Source: Owenia fusiformis (Eukaryota). From it: a DNA stretch of 64,000 bases. The DNA is taken from positions 14,756,001 through 14,820,000 of the forward strand of contig CAIIXF020000001.1 of assembly GCA_903813345.2 (NCBI GenBank), written 5' to 3'. Both the position numbers and the translations under genes were made by a program. The notes beneath the pieces are model-generated. The model was not told the DNA's origin. It made no database searches and saw only the letters and a list, made by a program, of their open reading frames with translations. How positions within the stretch are numbered: the stretch's first letter is position 1; the number at the start of each line of letters is the position of its first letter. Positions 23,978 through 36,600 of the stretch are shown here, one piece after another.

Positions 23978-24767
23978 GAATCAAACAGTGAGCCTATAGA
24001 TAAGTATGTATCTCTCCCGTATGACTGAAAGCATTCACCGTGTGGTATAACAAAAGGAGATAGACAGCATTCACTTATTCCAAAAGTAGTTCTAATAACA
24101 TAGCAATAAAGAGATTCTACAATAGATAAAGTTCACAAATATGTACCTCTGAGGGTGGTATGTGGAACTGTTTACAGTTCCTGCTTCAAGAAGGGGAAAT
24201 CGTAATATGACTTGTAAAGCTTATATATCAGTATATACCTCAGAGGGTCGTGTTTGGAACTGTAAACAGTTTTTGCTCCCAAGGAAAATTTGAAGATGAC
24301 TTAACCCCCTTCTGTTCCACTTTATCCATTAGCAAAATGAGAAAGACAGAAATGGTTGTCCAGAAGTATTTCTTATAATATTCCTTATTTATCTAAATAT
24401 GATTCTACAATAGATAAAGTTTGCATGTACCTCTGACTCTGAAGAAACTCCGAATGATTCCCCCTCCCTATTTCATTCAATAAATAAGGGAGAAGGACTG
24501 AACTTTACTCACTTATTCCAAAATCATTTCTTCATATATCCCCTTTACCCATGAAGAAATTTTTCAGTTGATACAGATTTCATGTGCAGTTGAGCATAAT
24601 TCAAAGGTTTGTGTGAGACCCCCCCCACATGGAAAGTGATGGAGGTTTTGACAAAATAAAGATTGGGCTATCAAACTCAAACCTATTGAGTCAATTTCCC
24701 CACACTGGAAGCAATAATAGAGAGTCAAATATAGTGAAAATTCCTATTATTAACTTTCGAAAGTCTC

Positions 24768-25105
24768 AAAGCCATATCAAAAATACAAAAAAGTATTTTA
24801 TCATTGCATTACTTATTACAATGTCAGACATAGCTTAGAAATGAGTTTTGAATACTACTTGGAGCACTATAACTGCCTATTATTTCTCTGAAGCTGCAAC
24901 AGTAAAATCGGTAAGACTAAAAAGGGGTAAGGGGTAGGGGTCAACAAAGCCATATTAAAAATACAAAATAGTACTCAATCATTACATTCTATATATTACA
25001 ATGTCACCCATAGCCTGGAAATGATTTTTGATTACTACTTGGAGCACTATAACTGACTATTATTTCTCTGAAGCTGCAAAAATAAGATTGGTGAAACTAA
25101 AAAAA
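24768..25105. repeat. Tandem duplication, ~180 bp x 2
   Basis: AAAGCCATAT...TACTACTTGGAGCACTATAACTG(C/A)CTATTATTTCTCTGAAGCTGCAA occurs twice. Confidence 0.8.
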
Positions 25106-25929
25106 TAACGAAAATATACTTTTTATTTGGATAAATTATATTTTCTCCCAAACCAATCAACATATCTCTCTATAATTTCAGGATCCACTGATCCACTGTA
25201 CTGGTGACATATTATGTGAAATCAGTACTATCTGAGGTACTATGGCAAATATTTAATTGATTTTATTTACTGAACACAGCTGGCTCAAAAGCCCGGTAGA
25301 GTAAGATTTTATAGAATGACAATCTAATAACCCCCTCAAATATTATTCTAGGGGGGGGGGTAAAGGCTCAGAATCATTCGTCCACAAACTAATACGACCC
25401 AGACATATGTGAATTGATGCTGAATTAAGTTATCTATCAGAAAAATTATGTCAAACAAGTGGCTCTTGGACTTCCCAAAATCACCCTTGGTATACGCAGC
25501 TAACGAAAATTGACCGGTACGGGTCAAAAGCTGGACCGGTACGGGTTAACGGTTTTATTTGAATTTTAAAACAGCCATAACTTGCTCAATATTGACTTCC
25601 TCGTGTCTAATTTGAAATATATGATGCCTCCCGATGCTTTTAAGTACATGTACCCCAATTTTTTACAGATTTTTAAACGGACCAAAACTCTCTAAATGCG
25701 CATTTATGCTATTTTCTCTCTAGAACGACTGTCTCATTTTCACGATTACTTTTATTTAGTACTTTTAACATATAAGATCTATTTTTCCCCATCAAGGTAT
25801 GATGTAAATGACATGCTATTTAGTATTTACATCTTGTGAGTTCCAATGACGCCCGTTTGATTTTATAAAAAATGCCAAACTTTGTGACAAAGAATTTCCT
25901 CTTGCTTGCAGCGAGAAGACGGACCGGTT

Positions 25930-26720
25930 CGGGGCAATAGAGATACCCATATAATTGGTCGGTTGGAAAATGTTGTGTTTTTACACATTTCCTTTGATCA
26001 TTTCCTCCCTTGTCGTCTAAGAGTGTCGAGGATTTTTAAGAGCATGTGTTTCTTTAAACAGTTCAATTAAGGTCTGTTGAAGATTTAATACTTATTCACA
26101 TTTTGGCTATAATTTAGAAAATCATAAGTGTACGTTGTCAACTCGAATGTACGTTGTCCCATTGAACTTACTCAATTCACAATTAACCCTAATGCAGACA
26201 ACGTATTTTTCATGACGCTAACAGACAGGGGGGTCAGATGACGAATAATCAAACAGGCTGGAAGCAGACTCCGTGGCAGTGCTAGTCTTCAACATATTCT
26301 ATTCCGAGACACTGGATGGGAGTTTGGGCTGGAAGCTAACACCAAATGGAGAAAAATTAACCACCACCACAACAATACTTTCATAAAATAAAAAAAAAGC
26401 AAAAAGGATACTTGAACATGTTCGTTTAAGATCATTTGTTACTCTTAAAAACCTTAATGAATTTTGAAATGAAATCATTACATTGTTTAATATTACGTAT
26501 ATCTCATGAATTTCAATTACAGGGACAACGTACATTCGAGTTGACAAAGCACATTTCTGATTTTTTTAGATTTCAATAAATACTTGAATATTTACCTATT
26601 ACGAACCTACATCACACCTGCATCATTGTATTTGCTTCAAATCAATTAAATAGGGACATCGTACATCTAAAGTGTACTACTGTATATTTTGACACTGTAC
26701 CTTGTCGATGATTAGGCGTC
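25930..26720. mobile_element. Diverged partial relative of the 60823-62968 Transib-like element
   Basis: Shares GTTGTCAACTCGAATGTA, TTTCAATTACAGGGACAAC and the right terminus CTGTACCTTGTCGATG(A/G)TTAGGCGT. Confidence 0.7.
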
Positions 26721-27602
26721 GTACCATGTGGAGATGAAGTTATAGTTAATAGTTATACAAGTAGCACTCAATAACGCAAATACGAGTAGGTAGTTACCAG
26801 TTTCACCACCAGGTGGCTCGTTCGGGTCAGATAGCATGGCGGGCATATAGAAGTTCCCTTTAACTAAATTACATCTGTTTTACTCGTAGTAGTTCAAATT
26901 TCATATAACCCTTATGTATCTAATAATCAACCCAAACTAGAAGTCACATTTTCGAAAAGATTTAATTTTCAAAGCTGATTAACAATTTTCGAAACCTTTT
27001 TCTACATGTACTTTTACATGGAGATTTCAAATATGACATCACTTTGATTGAACTTTGAATATTTATGACGTAAATCAAGATTATTTTTACATTGGAATTT
27101 TTCACTCACAAATTTGGTCCGCAATGACAATAACGAAACCATAATTCGTTATTTATAGTCCACCCTGGGCATTCTGTTCTGGCTACTGGACTACTAATAC
27201 TATCGAAAAAAATATAGTCCGTTGGAATTCGTCCGTCGGTAATTTTGTCTTTTCCAGCTCCAGAAATAACAGTCGATCGTTCGTCAAATGAACAATATGA
27301 AAATTGGCAAGGTGAATTAATTACTGTGATTAATTATAATTAACGATTTATAAATGAGATATTTCCTATATCTTACACTGCTTGTATTGCGCAATTCAGT
27401 TAGGTAAGAGAGGCCAAGAGAGGAACATACATTTGACGGTAAGCGTACCAACAACTTACATTATCTCAAAACTTGTGTTCGAGGAAGAAGTCAACAAAAA
27501 AACATGTAGGCTAAGCAACATGAAAAAAGCTAAACATAAAGTGAATCAAAATTAAAACAAGCTCTGCTTAATATTTACAGAAAACCAAATTACAAACAAA
27601 TT

Positions 27603-30600
27603 ATGGTATCCTTGTGTATTTTGGCCGTGTTACCTCTTTTAGTATCTTCGCAGTCCAAGCAACCATTCGGTAAGTTACCATATGCATGAATGCATGCATT
27701 TTTGAACGTCTACTACTATGACATTATCCAGCGTTTGATGTATGGCGAATATCAAAATCTAGCTAGAAACTGTATAATTGGTCAAAACCGGGTCACATTT
27801 CATGGCAGAGGCGTAGCTAGCCCATTTTTATGGTTGGCCTATTAGTATAAAGAATGCATGCGTTGTTTACGGGTGTGTAGGCGTTAATTACGCTCGTGTA
27901 GATGTAAAATTACGCCCGTGCACATTTACAGGCGTGAACTTACGGCGTTAAAATTATTAATTACGGGCGTTAAGACTGTTATTTTACACGCGCTGAGAAA
28001 CATCTTCACGCCCGTGGAGTTTATTTTTAGCGCCGTAAATTATGAACCAATCAGAACCTTACTTACATGATGATTTAATGCATCCTTGCTAAAAGAGCAA
28101 CTCCGAGATACTTGCGCTAGTAAACTTTTTCGTCAGCACGGGCGTAATTTTACATCTACACGAGCGTAATTAACGCCTACACACCCGTAAACAACGCATG
28201 CATTCTTTATACTAATAGGCCAACGTAATTTTTCGTCAGCACGGGCGTAATTTTACATCTACACGAGCGTAATTAACGCCTACACACCCGTAAACAACGC
28301 ATACATTCTTTATACTAATAGGCCAACCATACATTTTGCGAGTGTACGCCCGTATGATTTCCCGGTTTTATCAAAATTAACAAAACGATGGTTCCATAAA
28401 ATAGGAAGATCCCGAGTGTTGAGAAGATAGGGGACACACTAAACACTCTTAATTTAATGAAGGAAATATGTATTGTTTGATCATTTTGACATAGCTTTTT
28501 AAAAGCATTGAATTAACTGTATTAACAGATAATATTCGGGAAACAAAATAGACAGATTGAATTCTATATAATCATGCCATCGGCGATCGAAGCCGTCTAT
28601 CAAGGCGATTTTATTTTTTAGGCTACCTAAAACTGTATGTATGAGGCTCATTGTTTTAAGCTTTTGTGGTCATTCTCCATGAAATATTATTATTTTTTCT
28701 GTGTTTGTTTTTATCTAGCTCACAAGATGATTAACAATAAAAGAACAGTTACACGACCGTCTCAACTCCATTTCGGATCTTAACAACTGTACGTGATTCT
28801 ATAGAATAAATTCTATCTTTCTGTTTTTTGCATTTTTGCATTTGCGAACATGTCAATAACAGTATCAATGTTTATATCGTGTTCCCTATGGATATGTATC
28901 ATGGCCAAGGAAGAAAGTCTTTCCTCGTTCATTGTGGAACGCAAGTATGACTTAATGAATAACAGGATCAACGGGATCAATGCCGGGAGCTCTTGCTGGG
29001 GCCGCCATTGAAGAATACACAACTACAATGTCAACTCAACTGAAACGAAATAAAATTCTCTAATTATCAGTAGGTAACTGATTCAAAACAAAGAAAATGA
29101 AATAATCGAGAACTTTTTTATGTATTAACACGAGTCTTCATAGATCTCCTATCGATTTCTATCTCTTGGTAAAATATTTATTTTTCATCACAATTAATCA
29201 GGTAAATTTTATTTTTCCTTAAAATTTGACAGTACGCCTGGGCGTACTTGGCGTACACGTAGCTACGCCACTGCATGGAATATCTGATTTTATCCCATAC
29301 TTAGTGGTGTTATAGGTAAATTACATGCAGGAATATAATTGATATTTGAGGTGAGCGGAAGATATATATATCTCCCGCTGAGCGGAGCGGGAGATATATA
29401 TATCACCCGCTCAACAATCCCCGGTAATTTCGTTTTATGCTAAATAAAAACCTTTGGAGTTTTTAAAAAACATTAAATGTTAATGTAGTTATAATTTGTA
29501 ATTATTACATGAGGGTTCCAAAACATTAAATGCATATATAATCTACTTATCTTCAAAATCTGCCAAGCGTGGGATAAATCAGTTATTTAATGCTCAATTT
29601 TTGATACATACACCTGTATCAAAAACCTCCATTAAATAACCTCTATTTACACCCTTGCCCAAGTCTTTCTAATCCCGATATCATCCCTGATATCGCCCCT
29701 GTCCCAAATGTGTGATTTATCACTTGCTATTATATGTATACCTGCCTGATATTGCTCTGACCATGGTATAATATCTTTTATTTATCTTGATTAAAAAGAA
29801 AAAAAGACACCGACTTAGGCAAGGTCCTGGGCAAGGCTAGTATTCACCTCGGTAGAGTTAAATATTTGTTTAGTATTCTTGTATAAAAGTCATTTCATTA
29901 TAAATAATCAATATTCAATTCTTTTTCAGAATTTACTGGAGAAAATGGTAAGTGTATTGTACTTATATATGGAATATGCCCACGTCTCACTTCATAAAAT
30001 CATAGAACATGTACACGCTATCTTATGATCTAAGAGTCGGAGAGTCGGAAATACTACATACTGTTGTAAGCAAACTTTTTCAAAAGAGCGCGACGGTGAA
30101 CTGTTAATATATTAGAAATAAAAGATTCATTTTCCTTATTCAGTCATGCTTTCTCTCTCTGGTGAAAAAAACAGATTTCATATTCATTCAGGATCCCCAT
30201 ACCTTGGATGATGTATATAAAGATAAACCCAAAATAGTTTTTAAATTTATATGTACTTTTTGACTATGCTCATCTTCGACTTCCAATGAAGCAACTGAAA
30301 CCTTGTGAATCAAGATGGACTATGTTTGGCTCAATAACAAACGATGTAATCTTGGTGTATTATTTGATCTGCTCTACAGGCGTGGATTCCTGGGGAGAAG
30401 ATACTCCTCTCTGTGACACGGGAACGCGACAATCTCCCATTAATATCATCCACGAAGATACTGTTATCGATCGCTCATTATACTCGCTGCAGTTTTATAA
30501 TTTAGACTCCAAAGTACGAAATAATATAGCGAATGATGGAGTTAAAGGTAAGGCAATTTATTTGAGTAGCCCTACGGTAATTTTGAATTTAGACTTAAAT

Positions 30601-33600
30601 TAAGAACCCCGAATGCCCGAAGGCAAGATTGCCCAAGCCATATCACTACATTCTGATACTCAGACCATCTCTGCTATGCACAAGAATTCTAGAAGGAAAC
30701 TGAGAGAAGGCTGTGATATCTCACGATGTATCACTTCGACTATAATCTAGTATATGTCATTCCGTATTGGGTTGGGAAAATCGAAATCTGGAAACACCTT
30801 GCTTGCTATATATACAGGCCGGGCCGAAAAAATTGGAACATTTTTCCATCCAGTGTAACTTTTTTGTTAGTCATTTATTATCTCCAATACTTCTGGAAAT
30901 TGAAATACAATTCATGATATTGATACACAAGAGACACATTATACAGAACATGACCATGACAATCCAAAAATGATTGTACATACATATTTTTATCTTTTTC
31001 AATTCATTTTCATCTTTTCTCATTTTTACAAATAATTATTTTACCAGTATCCGAATTTTTGTGGATTGAACTGCAATAATAAAGAAAATTGAATAAATAG
31101 AAAAATGTTCCAATTTTTTGGCCCATCCTGTATACAGGATGATCATTAAGAAAGATCAAATGTGCTCTAAATTTTGTAAACATAAATGAATCTGGCTCAT
31201 TTTCTTACAGAATGTTGATCTATTAATTATTCATACCGGCTTAAAAATCACCAAAACTGTGTTGGATATAATACCAAATATAAAGAACACCTAAAATAAA
31301 CATCTGAGAAAATAAGAATGTAGGAAGAATGCATTGAATATAACAAAATATGGCGGTATTTCCAAAGTATAAAACCATGAAGAAAGAAAACATCATAATA
31401 TTTTCTTTCTTTTTTTGACTGCTCCTCGACATGGGTTGCCATGATTACCATAGAACGCAGAATTTAAATGTAACGTGTTGAAATTAACGTTTTGTACAGT
31501 GGGGGACATAAAGAATTACAAAAGCTATTGAAATTACATGCTGTCGCACATGTAATAAATTCTTACCTCAGTGTATTCAGTGCTCTATTTTCTCCGTCCT
31601 AGTAAGTCCAGATATAGTGGAATTCGTGTCCACAATGACAAATAAGAACTTAAACATGACACGTGTCAACATGACACGTGTCAGCTTTCAAATGCTGTTC
31701 CGCCATTTTGAAATCTGTCACGAGTAAATAAGGTATGAGGTTCCATATCCATCCGCCAAAAGGTATGACCCCTATATAGTCCATTTAAAAACTCGTGGTA
31801 TTGTTCTAAATAACGCCATAGTTGGCTTCTAGGGTGGTATCAAAATAAAGAGGAGGAGTTCCACTTTCATTTGAATTACGAAAATAGCGATGTAGGTCAA
31901 AAATAGCTCCGACGTGAGCATGTTTACTACGCGTTTGCCCATCATATCAGAATTGAGGAAGTGGTAGCAAACGCGAGTCACAATAAATGGACGCTGATAT
32001 CTCAAAAAGTAACCTGACTCCCTGTAATTTGATGTAGATCAATCGAACGCCTATATGAACAGGTACATTTTGATATATAACACTATGGGGGGTAAGCGTT
32101 TTATAGTTGGTCACGAACGCCATATGTGCAAAGTATTGTTATGAATTTTCGAATTTGGTGTTGGATTACGGTACTCATACCATAAGGTTACCTGATGTTG
32201 CATTCTGGGAGTCAATCCTCTTTGGATCACAAACATGGCGATTCATGAAAACATTCATTCGATGTGGTAGGGATTTGTCCATCATTTGCAGGTATGAAGC
32301 TTTGGATTTATTTATTGTGCTACTTAAAGTGAATGGGAATTATTTTTCTACAGCTTGGGAGAGTTTGAGACACGAAACTTAGAATTTAGCTCATTGTGAC
32401 AACTTTTGAGGGTTGAGTTATATTTTTTGTCCCCACTGTATGTATAGTTATTAGATCAACATTCTCTGAGAAAATGAACCAGATTCATTATTGTTTACAA
32501 AATCAGAGCACTTTTGATCTTTAGGATCACCCTGTAGATCAAAGAAAAGGCTTGAGTTTAAAGTTCAAGGTCACGCCAAAGGTCAAATTTCAATGTATAA
32601 CTAGTATTCTTTAAAATTTTAAAGCTCAACGTGCCTCTGTTTGGGGACATGAGAAGGTCAAAGTAAGGTGAAATGGCAATATTCCCAAGCGCTGTGTGGC
32701 TCCTGGGGTCATGGAATGTCAAGGTCATTTGAAGTCAAATATCAAGTGGAAATTTCAGAAAACTTATACCATGCTTTTGAGTTCATAAAAGGCCAAGCTT
32801 GTATTTTAGGTAATGGGTACTAGATAAGTACTCGAAACGTCAAAGATAACAACTCATTCACATTTTGAATTCATTACTAATATATATTCCCTCGACAATT
32901 ATAAACGTGCAAAATGTTGAATAATGATTGTTTCCAGTAAGAATTGATATTGGTGAGAAGCAGAACGTTTTTGCATATTTTGGTGGGCTGCCTGGAGTAT
33001 ACAGACTGAGAGACGTGAATATAAATTGGCCAGCCAGTCACCTCATTGACGGATATCGGGCAGACTTAGAAGTAAATATAAAGTACTTCTTCGTACTTTG
33101 TTTGATCTCGATTTTGTTAATGTGGTTAATTAAAGGTAGAATCGAAGAAAGAAGCAATTGCTTCTAAAATTGTCTCACTTCGGCCTTTACGGTCCATTTT
33201 TTCAATATTTTCGAATATTATCAGAATCACTTCTAATATTTGTAACCTCAAAGAAGTTTTAACATTTCTCATAGCCACCGTCTTTGCGATTGATGCTGGT
33301 CATTACTAATATATATTCCCATCAATCACTGCGATTGATGCTGGTCCATATATGGCTAATCTAGCCACAAGCCTCTGTGACTCCCCCTTACTCGACTTAA
33401 ATACCTTTTCACACACTTGTTGTACCTAGGGGAGGGGGGGGGAGCTAGACTAGCATTTGGCGTTTCAAGTCTGTAACAAATATTACAAGTTTGCAACCAT
33501 TTTCAATGAAATTAAACCATGTGGTGAATTTATAGCTGACATTACGTGGGTACAATGCTGAGCTGTACAAGAGCATTGATGACGCTGATGGAAAGAAAGA

Positions 33601-36600
33601 TGGTATAGCTTTGTTTTCTGTTCTTTACAAGGTAAGATCCCTTGGTTCTATGTGTCCAAATTGTTTGTGTTTCCACCAGGATAGACAAAATTGCTTAGTT
33701 CCTACCTACATTTACATGTAGCTTTCAGCGGGAGTTACAAAATCGATGTGCTGTAGCTTGCATCTTGTAGAATTTTTAAATTTTTAATACATTTTAAAAG
33801 CAACGGTTTTAAATCCATATATTTTCAGACTTTCACACTTGATTTGAACTGAAATTGTCGAATTCGTATGATTTGTTTTACTTTTTGAAACAGATATCAT
33901 CAGCTCACAATTTCGTTCTGGAACCTTTGATATCTTCTTTGAAGAACATCAGAGACTTTGGTATGTATCATATATTAAGGATGGCGATGGCTTTCTTTTA
34001 TCTTGGCTTTAACATGTCTTATTTTTACATACTTTTAAATAAATAGGGATATTTTCTTTTAAGTTGTGCCTTAAACCAGTTCTCACAACTGTTTTTACAA
34101 TATGAACTTTTTATTTCTGTGAGTATTTAATGTTTTAGGTAACGAAGTCGATATAGAAAGGGGATTACTTCTGGAGGAACTTTTACCAGCCAGTGCAAGA
34201 TCTTCTTATTACCGCTACAATGGGAGCATTCCCCATCCACCATGCACGGAGACTGGATACATTTGGTATGTCTTTGCCGACCACCTTTACCTCTCAGAGA
34301 ATCAGGTACGAAAATCACACTAAATGGTAAAAAACACTTGCCTACTTCCAAATCAATAATAAGTAGCAGCAAATGACAATATTCGGTAAAATAGAATTGA
34401 TCCCCTTCCAGTTAAATGAGCTCAAGATGCTTCGGGATAGTAATGGTAACCGTATGGATAACCTGTTCCGACCTGTGCAAAGTTTAGAAGGACGAATCGT
34501 TTCTAGACCAGCCTTCCGAATACCAAGGGTCGATTTTCTCAGTGATTCTGACAAGGCACCACCAACTAAAAAAGAATGTGAGTAACAATCAGGTATCCAA
34601 AGCTAAGTTCATGAAGAGAAATGAAAAAGATATACCTCTATTATGGATACTCATGGCCGATCAATGTAAGCTACTCGCTTGCATCATTTTGTACCCTCAC
34701 CCTTTTCTAGCTTGCCTTGATGTGTTCTTTGTAATTGACGAGAGCTGTTCAGTATATGAGGATATACCAAAGGTTAAGCAGCTACTGCTTGATGTAGTGG
34801 ATAAGACTATCATTGGAAGGAGGTCTGTGTTGATGTCATTGGTGAGGTAAATAATCATTAGTATAGTTATTTTTAGTGTTAATATAATACTTTGTATGCG
34901 ATGTACCAACATCATACAAAATTCTTCGAATATAAAATGTAGATTCTGTTTCAGGTACCATGACGATGTCAACTTGAATTTTTACCATCTGAACACAACA
35001 AACAACGAAGTGACCAAGAAGTTTATTGAAACACAGCCTCTGGGCCAGACTGCTTCTTGCAAGACTCAGACATACGATGCGTTGAAGTTCAACTCAGAAT
35101 TGTAAGTTACATCGGCTTCAATGTCCATCTTAGTTTGGCTATGTCATTTCCGGGCAAGTAACATTCTCATGCCGGCGATGATGAACTCCCCGGGATGTAC
35201 GCATATTAAGCAGTCCCTACTCTAACGAGAAGTATCATTCTCGCGGCAATTACTCTTCTATACTCCTCAAAATAAGTTAAGGACCAGTCTTTTTCCTCAT
35301 GGGTTTACATGTTTAACCCCATGTATCTTAAAACTCAATTTTCTAAACCCGAAACAAAAGAAAAACTGATATTGTAAATGGATATGTACTTTGACTCTAT
35401 TCTCTATATTTCAGGTAATTTTCAATTTAATCTCTCTATCAAAATCAGATTTTTGGATATATTTTCGGTAAAACATTTATTAAAAATAATTTCTGAGTAG
35501 ACAATTGAATTGTTTTACTTTCTGCATGTTTGGTATTAAGCTTACTTTGTGAGAATTACAGATAATAGAGCATCAACGTATTTTGACAACTCATTTTTGA
35601 CCCCTGTGTTATTTCAATGGGAGGTTTATTGAGAAATGATTTTGACTTTTGAGATTCATAACTTTGTAAAACCTGGAGAAACAAATCAATTTCTTGTTGT
35701 AGACAAGTTAGCAAATTCAGTTGTCTATTTAAATTCCATTTTTGAGAGCAATTGAATGTATGAATATTTTCTCATATGACTTTTGGCAACCCAACCACTT
35801 CCCATTGGTTTACATTGGTTCTGCCATTTTTATTAAATTCCTCAAATTTGACATCAATTTTTGACATATTGAAACGGAGAGATTGAATTGAAAATTTTCT
35901 GAAATATAGAGAATAGAGTCAAGGTACATATCCATTTACATTATCAGTTTTTCTTTCGTTTCAGGCTTTGCAAATATAAGAGTTCAAACAGAGATGGGGT
36001 TTAACATGTAAACCTATGAGGAAAAAGACTGGTCCTTAACTTTTTTTGAGGAGTATATTTCCATGGTCAATTTACATTGTAGTTTCTTCCGTTTGGGCAA
36101 AAATGCATCGGACAAATACACCGGAGTCAGGTCTAATTCAATTGCCAAGGATGTTTTGTTTGTGATCACCGATGGCGTATCGATTCCAATAGGCAGACGG
36201 AGTCGTAAGTAGGCTAATGAATAAATGAATTGGAAAGGCAGAACCGCCATCCGAGTTCATATTATTTCAATATGATGAAAATTGATCTGTGTAATCATTC
36301 TCTTTTTCCTTAACGGAATGACTATAATAAAATGTTTATTTGACAGAGGCATTGAAACAGGCTCAAAAGATTAGGATATCAGGGGTGAAAATGTTTACAA
36401 TTGGGTTACATAACCAGAAGGAGCGAGACGGCTCCCCCGAACTACTAGGCTTCGTCAATGATGATGCGAATCACGCGTTCAGTATAGACGACATTGATCT
36501 AGCGGATACTGTTGCAGGAATTATCAACTCGGCAGACCCTTGCTTTTCTACCACCACTCCTAGGCCAACTACCACAACTACGCTTCCTGAAAGAGAAATT

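Noticed and set aside
28813-29022. Independent protein-coding gene
   Set aside because: Only a fragment of a hAT dimerization domain inside a TIR-bounded element.
34139-34305. Frameshift making the CA gene a pseudogene
   Set aside because: Careful reading of the G-run at 34160-34163 keeps the frame (ERGLLLEELLP...YYRYNGS).
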